From: Podarcis pityusensis
Taxonomy: Eukaryota
Strand: one strand, 5' to 3'
DNA: 64,000 nucleotides
NCBI GenBank assembly: GCA_964106645.2
Contig: OZ067043.1
Part shown: positions 63,691 through 64,000 of the stretch, piece by piece
How the letters are laid out: every line of letters begins with the position of its first letter
Numbering within the stretch: the first letter of the stretch is position 1
The notes under the pieces: generated by a model
The model's input: only the letters and a program-made list of their open reading frames with translations
What the model was told of the DNA's origin: nothing
The model's database searches: none
Position numbers and translations under genes: made by a program

Positions 63691-64000
63691 AAAGCTAAGT
63701 TTGATGGCTCTGGAAATATTTTTCTGTTATAAACTAGGTAAAGCGAATGCATCTTTCCTTCCCGTTAAGTCAGCCTCTGCCTAATCTTAACCAGTTACTG
63801 ATAGGTCTTTATGATTTGCAAATACTGACACGATCCTTTTAGTTTTCTAAGTTAAAGAAATACCCCCTAATGGTTTATGTACCTTAAATGTACTTCACAG
63901 AACTAACATCATAGTACAACTATTATGCTATCTGTAAAAGTTGTTGCCCATCTGCAAACAGTTGTTTTTTTAATCAGTCTTGGGAAATTGTCCATATTTG

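Overview
Eukaryotic (vertebrate) genomic DNA, most likely from a squamate reptile and probably a lacertid lizard (inferred from a Sauria-type SINE tail, L2, Penelope and hAT/Tc1-mariner MITE content). The whole window lies inside one + strand gene, SGIP1 (muniscin-family clathrin/AP2 adaptor, paralogue of FCHO1/2). I located 17 coding exons by splice signals and continuous phase, from GLKKRTRKAF (15115) to the alternative EDDAYVDKLL... exon (61146). The first exon and the exons for the mu-homology domain lie outside the window. Most ORFs in the supplied track are spurious. Notable points: (1) a U12-type AT-AC intron (29258-29712) with a shifted, in-frame GT-AG splice-site pair (twintron-like); (2) two 12-nt microexons (RKSP, RRSP) with SRRM4/RBFOX-type motifs, plus further candidate 3-, 12-, 21- and 30-nt microexons, a candidate poison exon and a candidate truncating terminal exon; (3) a 5'-truncated Penelope-like element whose 3' region holds a minimal hammerhead ribozyme in the sense of the pre-mRNA; (4) many young TE insertions with readable TIRs/TSDs; (5) two assembly gaps, one of which may hide an exon. 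Homology statements come from recalled mammalian SGIP1 sequence, not from a search. Exon numbers follow my recollection of the human gene.
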